64,000 nucleotides of DNA, from assembly GCA_002633005.1 (NCBI GenBank), contig NMRA01000929.1, positions 32,210 through 96,209 on the forward strand, given 5' to 3'. A program made the translations under genes and the position numbers. Positions within the stretch are counted from its first letter, which is position 1; every line of letters begins with the position of its first letter. This document shows, piece by piece, positions 13,180 to 25,500 of the stretch. The notes under the pieces were generated by a model, which saw only the letters and a list, made by a program, of their open reading frames with translations, was not told the origin of the DNA and did no database searches. Source of the stretch: Phoronis australis. Lineage: Eukaryota > Animalia > Phoronida.

Positions 13180-13324
13180 CAGGGGAGGATCCAGGATTTT
13201 GAGTTAGGAGAGGGTCATGGCAGCCAGTATTAACCATGATTTTGCCCCTGAACTGCCAAATGGAATCTGGGAGAATTTTAGGGGAGCCATGGACCCCTTG
13301 CAACCACCCCCAAATCCGCCACTG
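13180..13324. mobile_element. GC-rich hAT-like MITE
   Basis: Ends CAGGGGAGGAT and ATCCGCCACTG. Flanks CTCAGAG/CTGAGAG resemble a target duplication. Related ends at ~11260-11274 and 61869. Confidence 0.65.
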
Positions 13325-14639
13325 CTGAGAGATAGTGAAATTGGTGACGGCCGTGGGACGTAAGGCGCTACACTGGTGACGATAAGAAAAAAGGGCACTG
13401 TTATCTTCTGCCCAGGTTACAATAGCCCAAGCTACCTGAATTAGTTAACTGTTATCACTTTTATTTCAAACAGATTTCACAAGAGTTTTCAGTGTCAGCA
13501 GTTAAGCCTAAGGTTAAAAACGTAAGCAAGCACAGACCTGTCAGGTCATCTCGTTTGCATGAAGAAGCACCTGCGTACTACCGGTCTGCGCACAATGATG
13601 AGTTAACATTGGACGTTTCAAAGGCTATGGGTGACAAAGGTTTTAATTATAAAAAACGGTTGGGTGAATTTAATGTTCGTAGGATTTAAAATGCATTCAC
13701 TTTCTTACCCGCGTCATTCTATATAGATTCCGTTAGTTGATCGTGTCTTCAGTCAAGCTGTACTGTACGAGTCGACACATTCCGATTAAGTCCTGATATG
13801 TTTGTAGTAGGCCTAAAGATGTAGAATGACAGTGGTTCTGAGTCCGGAGCGCTTCTTCAACAATTCAGATGACTACCAGAGCGACAAACCAGCGATAACG
13901 TATGGATGAGAAACTACTAATTTTGCTATCATGATTGTCTTTGTAACGTACTTCGGATAATTATTCAGTTGTTTTCATGTTGAAACTGAGCTTTCAGTTC
14001 ATATGGTATTACACGTGTCAGAATTAACTTGCGTTTCGTTTTGTAACTAGCAGACAATGCACGTATATGATTAACAATTTCTGTTCTCCTCATTGTTCAT
14101 CACTTTCATCACTGCACTCGTTCCCAAATTATATAACGGTCATGTTTAATGCAAATTTTCGTTAAAACTGAGAAAGCGCATTTTGTGACGAGACTTAATA
14201 GTCAACAAAAAGCCCTTTGTGCCTCGCCAATGCAAGTCCGATATTCTTTCTTCAATATAATTCACACCTCAAGGTTTGAGTGACTGATGAATGGGCTCGG
14301 CAGACTGTAAGCAGGTTTGAGTTTCAGTGTACGTATTAATAATGCTTTTCTCTTTCACAACTTATGGAATTACGTATTTATTTCTCATGTAATAAAATCG
14401 ATTCTTTGTTCATCATGCTCATGCTGACTTCTAAAATTTTTGAAGAGATTTAGTTCACCCCAATTCGAACAGAGAAATAGCACATTATGGAGGTCTGCCA
14501 AATTCGGACACTACAGAAATCTCGTCCTGCGATAGTTGACCAAGAACGAACATGATCTATTGGAATTAATTTTGAGTCCCTGAAAATGAGGTAACTTTAC
14601 CGTAGTGTGTCTGCCAAATGGAACATTTAAAATACACAG

Positions 14640-15334
14640 CATATTCATTCATTATGTACAAAACCAAGGGCACAAGATTACTTCCAGGCTTTCTAGTCAT
14701 GCTGGGGATTACTAGCTGTGACAGTTAAGTCTCCAGCAGTATAGGGGCATGTTGATGACCACAGACTACATTATGTTTGTCTGAGTCATTAAAAAGATAA
14801 ATAAAGAGAGCATGTGAAATTAATATTGGATTTCCAGTAACAGGAATGAGAGTTATGGGCTATCTTGTCTGAGAAATGCTATCAATCAATTTGGTGCACT
14901 TGAGACTATATCATGCAGGCTTATACCATGTCAAAATACTCACCAGGGTGTATGAAGGACATGATGATGTGTAAACTGGTGTAGTATTAGGACTGTACTC
15001 TCATATCATGTGTTGGGGCGTTTAAAATTCATAACAGTGCATCCAAATCAAACCGATTTTGATGCAACTGTGATTTACACAGTTAATATCCATAATGAGG
15101 TGGAGTTGCTTCACGGTTCACACACTAAGTAAAACAATCGATTTCATGATTCATATCGACATTTTTTAAAGTTTCACGGATCACAGCAGCTTTTTGTACT
15201 CCTACACTTTCCATCAATTTCTCCCTTCCTGACCACTGAACATTCCATCTCAATGACCAACAGTTATCTCTACCAGTCACCACTAATTCCCCCTCGCCCA
15301 CTCCCGACTTTGCTTCATGTCCATAAATTCATAA
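14640..15334 (-). mobile_element. Possible degenerate LINE endonuclease-region remnant, split by element A (continues ~16756-16830)
   Basis: Minus-strand SGRGG-like motif near 15300 and an LQENV segment near 16810. Weak. Confidence 0.3.
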
Positions 15335-16755
15335 TACCGTATTTGCCCTAATATGAGCCCATGCCCGCCTAAGCGCCCCCCCCACGTGTTTTCAGACTTT
15401 GCTAAAATAAGCACCCAGTCCATGAACGCCGTGTATATGTGAAAAATGCCTTACCTACAGTTCTAAAATTCTACAAAGTCTTCAATTTATCGATAACATC
15501 CAGTCCTAAAAAAATCATTGTGCGCGGAATTTGTAGACCATGAGCCTCGCCGCAATGTCGGTATTTAGCCGTGACTGATGCACTTCAAACTTTCGTTGTG
15601 CTTCAAAAAGAACGCTGATCTTGCGAGGCACGTGTCCTATTATGGTCTCACCTTTCAGAACAGACGCAGCGTACTTGTCAACTGCATTGTATTGTATCTT
15701 TTCCGTACAGATCTTCTACCTCAACAGCAATCCAAATTTCTTTGTATACATGAATACCGCAAATTGAAGGCTAATAATAACTGACCTTCGTTAAAAGCAC
15801 ATGGCCAGGAAGCGCGCTCTATATACGTTGTCAAAGATTAGTTTTCGGGAACTATCTATTCATGAAATGGGTAGAATAGCATCAGCAACAAATAAATGCT
15901 GGCAGTTTAATTTCCTAAAGTTTTTAATACCGTAAAAAACATTTGCGTTATTTTTAGGAGGAATAAATATTAAATTATTCGTAATTGGTGTTTTTAAGTC
16001 AAAATGACCCGCTGATAGTAAACACTTCTGCACCCTTACACCCTCCGAATCTTCTGAAAAATAGCTGTTACCCAGTCACGCATCCAGTCACCCGACGACT
16101 CAATGACATCGGCCTTACCCAGACAATTCTCGAACGTTTTTTAGCAGATGAGACCAACAAGTGCTAACTAAAACGTTCTGCTTTACTGCTTGTGTCAATT
16201 TCTTTACTTGCAATGCACACTTAGATCGTTACATCGCGTTTACTCTGGCAAATTAACTCTGATGACATATGCGCTCGCTCTGTCACACAGTACGCAGACG
16301 AACTTCAAAACAAATGTCACGTGACGTGGAGTTAATATGCAGTTAATCCTGACTCCACAAGAACCTAAAAATCTTTGGGACGCTATTTTGAAAACTTAAG
16401 GAGGACCTCAGGTAATTTGTTGAGTCAAAACTATATTTTTACTCAAGAATTCAAGTTGACCTATCGGCAATCGCAGGGTAGTGACGCATCAGTCGGCGAT
16501 TTCCGCACTGGGATTTTCTAAAAAATGCTCGTAATTTAACAACAATTAAGTTTGATAGCAATGCACAGCAATTTTGTAGAAATGCTGTCATAGGTTACAG
16601 ATACGTCACAGAGAGTAAGTTTGATGAATCCTAGCTTACAATTTCACCTGTTTCGGAGATCGGGTTTCAACCACTTTGGGCTACGATGAACGCCCCCCTT
16701 CCTGAAGCGAATTTTTTTGAGCACCCTGGTTGCTTATTAGGGTGAATAGTCGGTA
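15335..16755. mobile_element. Second copy of TA-flanked TIR family A
   Basis: Ends TA|CCGTATTTGCCCTAATA and TATTAGGGTGAATAGTCGG|TA. Collinear with 1427-2849. Confidence 0.85.
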
Positions 16756-17049
16756 GTGATTTAACAATTCATGACAACCTGAAGATATTAGGCATCACAT
16801 TCTCCTGGAGCTTCAAATCATGGCTTAACGTGTGAAAATGACACTTTCACATTTACTAATGGCAAAAATGCCATTTCACAGGCCATGAACAAACCTTCAC
16901 CCCGAGTCTTGTTAATGGCTAAAATGACCTTGCTAGAACAGAAATGGCAAATAATGTAAGCGGTTGCAAGCGACATTTTTGTTGGCGGTTCGAGTCCCTC
17001 CAAAAGTGCAAGCTTTTTGCTCTCAGCTAATTAACAAAATAAACACAGA

Positions 17050-17130
17050 AAAATCAGGAACCCTAACTGGGAATCAAACCACAGGTCCCAAGATTGCTGG
17101 TCTAGTGCTCTTACCACTGAGCTACTGAGG
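17050..17130 (-). other. tRNA-like (SINE head or pseudo-tRNA) sequence
   Basis: Minus strand reads CCTCAGTAGCTCAGTGGTAAGAGCAC...GGTTTGATTCCCAG, giving an A-box and a mutated B-box. Poor acceptor stem. An opposing B-box GGTTCGAGTCCC lies at ~16988. Confidence 0.5.
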
Positions 17131-17289
17131 ACCAATATCTGTGCAATTACTGCTTGTAGTCAACTGTTATGTCATCCATCCCATCTACTAACACATACTG
17201 TTAAATTGCTGATTTTATAATTCTCCAAATCTCTGTGAAAAAGACAAATGCCGCTCATGATTCACTATTGGCCAGCATCAACATCTATA

Positions 17290-17430
17290 TTTACTAAGTC
17301 TTGTAGCTACAATGCAAGAGGACTTCAAAGGGCAAACACACACAGGTGGGAGGGTGCCTTCATTTATCCTCAAGTTCCCATAGACTCCTATTGTGTGATA
17401 CAGAGAACTTTCCATAAAAAAGATTTTCAC
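17290..17430 (+). mobile_element. L1/Tx1-type APE endonuclease N-terminal fragment
   Basis: CSYNARGL...DSYCVIQ in ORF 17248-17436 resembles the SxNxRGL..DxxCLQET motif. Confidence 0.35.
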
Positions 17431-17597
17431 ACTTAACTTAGTTTGTAATTATTCTAAAGTCGTTTACAGCTTTCCATTGAACATTCAAATGCTGCTTGCA
17501 TTAATTTTTAAGCCAATTTGTCAATGAATGCTTCTTCTTAAAAGATTAATCAGATACATCAGCTGGGGAACACCTGTACAACTACAAAAACACAATG

Positions 17598-17671
17598 GCT
17601 AAAACTGAAACAAAGGTTACCTTTTGTGCACTAAAACTGAAACAAAGGTTACCTTTTGTGCACTAAAACTG
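17598..17671. repeat. 32-bp tandem duplication
   Basis: CTAAAACTGAAACAAAGGTTACCTTTTGTGCA twice plus a partial third copy. Confidence 0.9.
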
Positions 17672-18118
17672 AATGGGCAGCTAGGCTAAATGAGAGATGT
17701 AAAACCAGCCTTATCAGCGCTATGGTAAAATATCAATTTAGGACACAATATGGTGCACAAGCGGAATTTTATCACGTTCTAATTTTTCCATTACTTGTAA
17801 TCAGTACCAAATTAATGCTTTGCTAATTCTATTTTATACCCAGGCTTCCATCAAACAGTGTTTTGGTAATTTATGAGAAAGAATAGCTACGTTAAAAGCC
17901 TTTATATGGTCAACTTTGGCAATTTACTTTTGTCCAAAGATGTTGAGATTTTATGCAAACCAAACAAATAAGCAGATTACACTCCTCATATGAAGATCCA
18001 TACAGGTGCTCAAAATAGAAAGTTAGAGATCATGAAAAAAATGTTATGTCAATGTGGCGAAACTGACGGTTGTATCAACAAAGTCAACTTCCAGGGAGAG
18101 AGCTTGATCTATAGTATG

Positions 18119-20191
18119 TACCGTAAACGTTCGGGTTAACGCCCGGTCAGTTACCGCCCACCCCCTACTTTAGGTGGATTTTTGGGACGGCGGTTTGGCA
18201 ACGTGAATTACAATACAAGTAACGAATTATTGTCTCGGGTCCTAGACTTACTTCAAAATATAATACTTGAACATCATTTTATTTTCTTCCCATGTTTGCA
18301 AAGCTTAAGAACCCCCACCGGCGTCAATACTTCTGCTTTCAGCGACGCTGCCTGCCGCACTGAGTTTCCGTCTGTAGTGCACTAGATAAAACCTATATAT
18401 TCGAGTCTTGCCAACCCTCCAAATTCTCTTTAGGTGGGAAGCTCTCGTATTTTGAAGAATTAATTCCCATAACTCACGGAAAGATGTCAAATTCTCCCTA
18501 TTTTGATGAATGTTATGGCCACGTTATCGAGGATATGTGGTAACCAAAGGGACAGTAAGCTTCACTGGGTTACCGATTTGCTGCCTCTCGATTTCTGAGT
18601 TAAAAGGTTGGCAATACGTTACTGTGTGTCATCTTGAAGTAATAAAAAACTTCTAGTCAAATTTAGTTTTTCGCTTAGTGCATCTCAGTCAAACTGGCGT
18701 TAGCAGATTTAACTATCACTGGCTGTTCTTTACTACAATTTCTTGCGTCAACCCCTGCCTGACTGTGTGAGTTATCGCTTCCCTATTCCCTATTTAGCCA
18801 TCCAGAATAATTTTGTTTCTACATTGGCCAGTTTGGAATCAGCCTGAACAAAATTCTTACCATTCGAGCCTGAAATATCTACGACTCAGACTGACTGAAA
18901 ATTGGTGATAGTTGGTAGGAGCTAGGAGCACGCAGCTAGCATCGAGCCGGAAAATATCGAAGTAGACTTGACATTGCAGTTTTGGGGGACATTTGAATGG
19001 TGGAATATCGTAAAGCACTGGGTCTTTCCTAGGCAACAGCTTAAAAGTACAGTGTCACGCTGGTTTCTTTTCCTTATAGGAGTGTCGCTGTTCTCTTTTG
19101 ATATGTGACTTTGGTAGTGGTGCACGCGCGTAAGTTCCCACACTGAGTGCATGTTACCTAGACACCAACACGTGATTGACAGGTTACTCATACGTAGGCC
19201 CTACGTGCATGCTGAATCCCGCTGCTATCTTTGGCCATTAAAAATGAGACGCCTATTGAAAGAAGCTGTTATATTACTTGACGGCCTTTCCAAGTCAAGA
19301 TTGCCTGCCGGGACATTGCGCGCAAACAGCGGGACCGACCAGTGCCGCAGTGCGATAGTGTAGGTGATATTGTAATATGATATAATCTGGACATGTAAAA
19401 TTAAGGTTTTCCACCGCATGAATGAATTGAAACATTGCTGTTTTCGTGACGTTTTATCACATATTTATGCCATGGCTCGAAATTGATTGACAACTGGCTC
19501 ATGTCCGCTTACCTCCCCCCGATTCTTGTCTTACTTCTTTGCCGAGCATGTTTCGCAACGGGAAGTGAAAATTTTATTGAGTTGTGGAATGTCGACTATA
19601 AACATCCCAAACACAAAAAAGACCTTACAAACTTTATTACAACAAATTTTAAAAGTGTTCTCTGACTCGGAACTTGACAGCTAGCACGGGACTGTAACCT
19701 TTATGTCAGCCGTGACCTCTGCAACACGTGAAGCTTGCATGTGCACACTTTTGCAGTGTCATCTTGCAATCCAAGAGGAGCGCTGCGTGGTCACTAGTCG
19801 TCTGCACACTACAGTTCTAACAAACTAACAAGACCGCAGGATGGCACGGGTGTAGTAACTCAGCAATTTTGTAAATTTAATTGCGAATGACTAATCTGAG
19901 GGCAACCTTGTTGGGATCATCCGCTGTTATGAAGTTTTTACCGTCATTTGGTGACGTGAAAAGTGCTACGCGTTCTGAGTAAGTGTGTGGTGTGGGGACT
20001 TACATCACGAGGTAAGATTAACCACCCAGGGCGTTTGCTTGTCGTAATAAGCGCGCATGTTCGGTTAACCGCCCACCCTGGATTTCTTGAAATTTCACGT
20101 TTAAGCACCCATGTCTGGTTAATCGCCCACCCCCGATTTTTTGGGTTTGCCACTTTAACCGCTCAGGGCGTTAACCCGAACATTTATGGTA
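18119..20191. mobile_element. Non-autonomous TA-flanked TIR element, family B (mariner/pogo-like)
   Basis: TIRs TA|CCGTAAACGTTCGGGTTAACGCCC and GGGCGTTAACCCGAACATTTATGG|TA. Subterminal TAA(C/G)CGCCCA repeats. Paralog at 42303-45867. Confidence 0.9.
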
Positions 20192-22323
20192 ATTGAAACA
20201 AAATTTTACATTGTCCACAATTTCGACACAAGAACAATGAAAAGAGGCACACAATATATCCACACATTGTGCCTCTTGTCACATTCAATGTTGGCCATAC
20301 AAATTCAATAAAATTTTAATGAGAGAAGTTGGAAGACTTTCTTTCAGCTATGTATAAGCTTTGCCTTTAAAAAAATAATTGCAGGCAGTCTACATGTTGC
20401 ACCAGACGTGCACATTCCTATGGATATTATGCCATGTGGCTTCTAATTGTTTCTACAACATTTCGAAATCCCTCACATTTTCTCAACTATAGTTTTTACA
20501 ATTGGTTTTTCAACAAACCCATCTCCATGGAAACCATGTTTTATAGATTGATACTCTATCCGTATTTCCCCAGAGTCAATGGCTTATTGTTGCCTTGCCA
20601 TTTTGTCTTTTATATTTTACTATATGTTACTTCTATATTCATTTATTATTGTCACCCGCATTTCCACACATTCAATGTCTGCCTTTGTCATAATAATAGG
20701 ACCTTAAATATCTCACCTCCACGTTAATTGTTAATTACTTCACTACCGTAATCGAGCATTGAGCGCACTTCGCAGCAAGTGCATATAGCTTTCAACTACC
20801 TAGTTTTACAAAACATTAATGAACAACGCTTTTGTCTACAGAAAAACAAACAACTCAATATTACTGTTAAAAAGCAAACGACTAGTCAGACAGAATTAAG
20901 TTATTATTGATCTTTAATATGCATAAAAAGGTAATTTAAAATTGAATGCTCTAACATTAAAGTTAAATTAACTTTCTTTGTTGACCTTGTTGATTACAGT
21001 AGCAAATTGAACCCACAAATGTAAAACCAATTTGTAACTAAAGACTACCTTTGAATCTAGCAATTAGCAACCACTGCTCTTCTATAATGATCTTCTTAAT
21101 TATGAACAGATACAAAGTACATGACCAAACTCTGGTATAGCAACTGGCTCGCCTACACAAGTTTCACTAGATATTAATTGTCATTGCGCTATTGGTTCTT
21201 AAGGTCATGTTGTACCACATCAACAAGTCCGCCAATGATTTACGTAAGTACAGATTTAAAATTGGTAAAAGTATACCTTTTCTGAAAGTTAAAAAACAAA
21301 CCAGTAGAATTTGATTTTTGACATTTTAACAATCTGCCATTAACTGGGTCATGTGGCTGAGTCTCTGTAAAATTCCGTGTGATATAAATGTTCCTGATGA
21401 AATCTCAAAAAACTGTTACAGTTTTTAAATAATCATTTCATTTTCATTTTAAAGCCTTTGTACAATGGAACTTTGCACCTTTGAGGTTTTAGACCGTGTA
21501 TAATAATTTTATAACATCAAATATATTACGGTACTAAACAAGCACTTATTTTGAGAAATAATAAAGAAACTTTGAATTTTAAAGAAAGGTTGGTGATTTT
21601 TTTTGGTTTTCCGCCATGTGATGTCATCAGTGGAAGGCATTGATCAGTTGACAATGCAATGGCAGATTAATATAGTGATTTTGTAAGTTACGAAGGCTTA
21701 GAGAGTGAGCTTAAAGAGTATTATGAAGACAGGTATAAAGATTTGGGTACAGACAGTGAGTGAAGCCAAGTTGGAACCTCAACTCAGTCTGCAGACAGCC
21801 TGTTTTCAGAGTGGTAATTATAGCTGATTATTAATTTTCAATGCACATTAGTGTCAAATATTATGTGTCGCGAAATGTAACACGAAAAGAATCCTACGTT
21901 CACACCGTAACCGGTCGTGATTGGGCAACTCGACTCAGTTTGCGCACCACTGAATCTGCCAGTTTAAATCAAAGACAATATGCTGTTGTGATTAATTAAT
22001 TTGCCTCGGGTTGCTGATATCATCATTCTCTTGATAATGAGGTCCATCATAGACACATTGGGGGCAACAACAGCATTTTTAAATTTTCGTTTTCAAAGTT
22101 TGTGAACAGCATAATTGAATAGTTTGTAAAAAGCACACGTGATTGGGTCTTTGAATTTTGAAAATTCGGCAAGAAATGGGACTTTTAAAACATAAAACGT
22201 CAGTCTCTCTCTTTAATCATTAATTCTGCTGGGTGTGGCAACATAACTGTGCCAATTACCAAACCAGCAGGTAGCAGTTGGATTTTGAGGTACAGCATGT
22301 GTCATTGTACACTTCTTGGCATG

Positions 22324-22481
22324 CTATCTAACTGAGGTTAACCTGGCTGTCATTGATTTCATTTCTTCCAATGCTAAGTGCGTTTGTCAGGAACCACCAT
22401 ATCTAACCGAGGTTATCCTGGCTGTCATTGATTTCGTTTCTTCCAATGCCAAGTGCGTTTGTCAGGAACCACCATATCTAA
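22324..22481. repeat. ~75-bp tandem duplication
   Basis: TATCTAAC.GAGGTTA.CCTGGCTGTCATTGATTTC...GTCAGGAACCACCA twice. Confidence 0.9.
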
Positions 22482-22869
22482 TTACAGTGATGCTAACTGG
22501 GTGTTATTTCAGGTAAATGATACTCAATTCTGTCTTGTCTGTTCCAAAATTATGAAAGCGTTGTACCACGGACTGTAATTTGACAATTGTACCGATACAG
22601 ACAATTATATCAATACAGTGTCCGACTCCAGCCTTTGTGCCACCTGCAGTTGTGACATCTATTTGCCTGGCACCTACATCCCATTTCTACTATTGGGCAT
22701 TGACTTATACGTGGATACCATGCAATCCCATAAAATCTTGAACGTACTGCAATTACATTTATTATCTCAACCACAATTTCATGCCAAGGCTCATACTCAA
22801 CACATGCCTAACAACTACGTCCACAGCAAAGGTAAAACACTACACTTTTTGTCCATCAAATGTACTTAC

Positions 22870-23093
22870 AAAATGGTCAGAAACCTTAATCAATCTTCGT
22901 TTCTGCGAAGAATCAAAGCATCATTCCTCAAAATGGGCGTGGCCTTTGAACTGATGGCTTGCTTCACATACCCGTGTCCAACGCATGAACATGTGCCATT
23001 TCTGGGCGATATTAGGGTCTTTTGGAAAAACTGAAATAATGTCCGTCCAATTGCTTGTTACTGCATTTTCTGTACATGCAAGTTTTTATAATA
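22870..23093 (-). pseudogene. Degenerate THAP zinc-finger coding remnant (probably from a Kolobok/Harbinger/P-type transposon)
   Basis: KTCMYRKCSNKQLDGHYFS, a 1-nt frameshift, then FPKDPNIAQKWHMFMRWTR...AHFEE*CFD...RRL. This retains the C-x4-C, FP, W and HF THAP signature. GTGACGTCAC palindrome upstream at ~23197. Confidence 0.7.
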
Positions 23094-23711
23094 GTCTGTC
23101 TTAAACTCAGTTTTCGAGACCACTCTGGCTCCCGGCTGCCCGTGTAGAACAACACAATGGTGTAAAACAACACAATGGTGGAGACCAGTTCCACTGGTGA
23201 CGTCACAAAAATTATAATTGTTGTGTTTATTTGATTAAAAGTACACAGATTGAAGAAGAAATGTTTAAAATATCGTACTAAAATTGTTAGTAACCGAATT
23301 CAAGCACATAATTACAACCATGGTGTGAAGGTTTAAGCAACTTTAATTTTTTATTGAAGTATATTAACCCATTTATGCCCAATTAAGCGTTGTCATTGCC
23401 TATAGACAAATAATGAACAAAATGAATAAGAGAAAATGGAAAGAACTTTTTTCTACGTTTTTGACGTTTTTTGCTTTCGTTTCACAAAAGGGACGCTGGG
23501 TACATGTGAGTCTATAAACCACCAATAGAAATGCCTACTAAAACCAGTGAAAAATGAAAGATGTAGAATGATATTAATTGTTTTTGGATGCTAAGGTATT
23601 GTAGAAAGATAAACGGAAGACAAAAATTAACAAGAATGTTGTATCATCTTAATAGTAAAATCTTGCTGATTTCAAACAAAAGTGGTTACCGTTTTTTATT
23701 TTTATGGCTCT

Positions 23712-23795
23712 AAAATTGCTGTGAGTGACCACATTTTGTCAAATTGCTGTGAGTGACAACATTTTGTCAAATTGCTGTGAGTGACCACATTTTTT
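23712..23795. repeat. 28-bp tandem repeat x3
   Basis: AAATTGCTGTGAGTGAC(C/A)ACATTTTGTC, contiguous with no spacers. Confidence 0.9.
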
Positions 23796-24149
23796 TCAAG
23801 TTAATGTGAAAGTGGAAAAGCACTGATTTGGCGCTATGCATCTTTTAAGAAAAAATCAAAACATTTTTGTCCATCATATAGTGTCCTAAATTAGTGAGAT
23901 ACAACTGGGAAAATAAAATTTCACTTGTTCCTATATAATACCTCCCATATTGGTGGAAGTTCACCTTCTTAACGTAAACCGGTCTCACTGACCTCGCAAA
24001 TAGGCAAAAACAATAGGCTAGATGACGTTCTTAATTTGCAACCCTGACTTAATTGAATTAAAATGAAAATAGTATCATCAAGCAAATTAACGTAATTCTA
24101 CTGAGTCTTTCATTTTTACCTCATTTATTAAACTCAGGTCATGAATGGT

Positions 24150-25500
24150 TTTTTGAAAATTGAAATACCATCATGGTAATCACTTCTATACACTTTGAAG
24201 TGAATGAGGGCCTTAGTTCAGAGGACAGTAAACAAGACTTGCATGACCCTATGTACGTTGAAGCATGCCAATAGACTTTATTAGCATTTCAACAAGTCAC
24301 ACCACAATTAAATGAGCTTTTGTTTCTAGTGCCATTCCCATGAATTTTCAGAAATCCCAAAAATATTTCATGAAAAAAATACATACGGAGTAGGATTAAT
24401 TCAGTAAACGGTCGTGTCCCCAAAAGATTCACGAATAAAATATATCACTACTATTGGCAGACACTGACACTACGCAGTCACAGTCGGTGCAGTATTAAAC
24501 AAGCAAAGTTTGGTGTAACTCATAATCCCAGCATGTTCATGTCTCAATGCAAAAATTTTTCCCAGTAAAAGTTTGCTTGCAAAATATGTGGTGTTATCAT
24601 TACGTACTAGATTCTTAAAACCAAGAATTTTCAAATTTCATAATCACACTCGATTCAATTTGGCTAGCAAGCCTAATGCATTGGTAGGCAATGTTGTGGT
24701 TAAGCAGGCCAAAACTTGCCACACAAATGGATCAGCAAGTGGTTAAGTCTAATCTCTCTGAAAGTCAACTGTTTTTATGCACTTGAAGTTTGTTTGGTAC
24801 TAGTATTTCATAAAAACACATCTTCCTCATGACATTTGTTGAAAATCCTTTGCAAATAGTGTGATGGCCAGGAGTTGTCAACAGCATCTCTTGCAGTACT
24901 TTTGTTGCTCATCTTGCCAGAGATGATTATTTTTTACTTATTTTGTATTTTCAGTGTATTAATTGTAATTGCATTCGTCATAATAAATGACCTTATGTTG
25001 CCAACCTCGGTCTCGTTTTCACCTCTGATAATGAAATTGTGAAGCACGTATCACTAAAGATTACTTGGGATATTATAAAGGCGATCACAGTGTTCTTTAC
25101 ATATCAGTTAGCATCAGGTGAGCTGTTTACGGTGCAATAGCTGATTACGTGATAATATCAGATGAACGAAGATAATGAAAGCACTGGACCACGTGAACAT
25201 TTGTTAGACAACTTTCTCCCCTGTAAAACTGACAAAGATACAGCAGCGCTGTAAACCAAGTTCTCGATCACCAAAATGGAGGAAAGTCAAACCACAGGGC
25301 AGGGGCGTCACGCTTTCCAACAAGTATCATGTGGTATGGCAACAATATGGCATCCAATCATCAGGTAAACCTCAGTAAATCCCAACCTACCATATCTGCT
25401 CTGAAGCCCTTATGCAGCTTTGGGTTATTATCGAAATGCCCAACTGCAGCACTAGAACCTTCACTCCCTTTTCTATTCCCAAGCAGTTCAACCTCTTCTA
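24150..25500 (+). mobile_element. Possible old LINE remnant (RT, perhaps RNase H)
   Basis: Frameshifted DF..AF.KV.H-like (~24275), GVP (~24415) and K..GVI.DS-like (~24590) segments in the right order. Very decayed. Confidence 0.3.

Noticed and set aside
17050-17130. Functional tRNA gene
   Set aside because: The T-loop is mutated (GGTTTGA) and the acceptor stem does not pair well, so it is treated as a SINE head or pseudo-tRNA.
23712-23795. 28-bp repeat of CRISPR-like length
   Set aside because: Copies are contiguous with no spacers, so this is a simple minisatellite.
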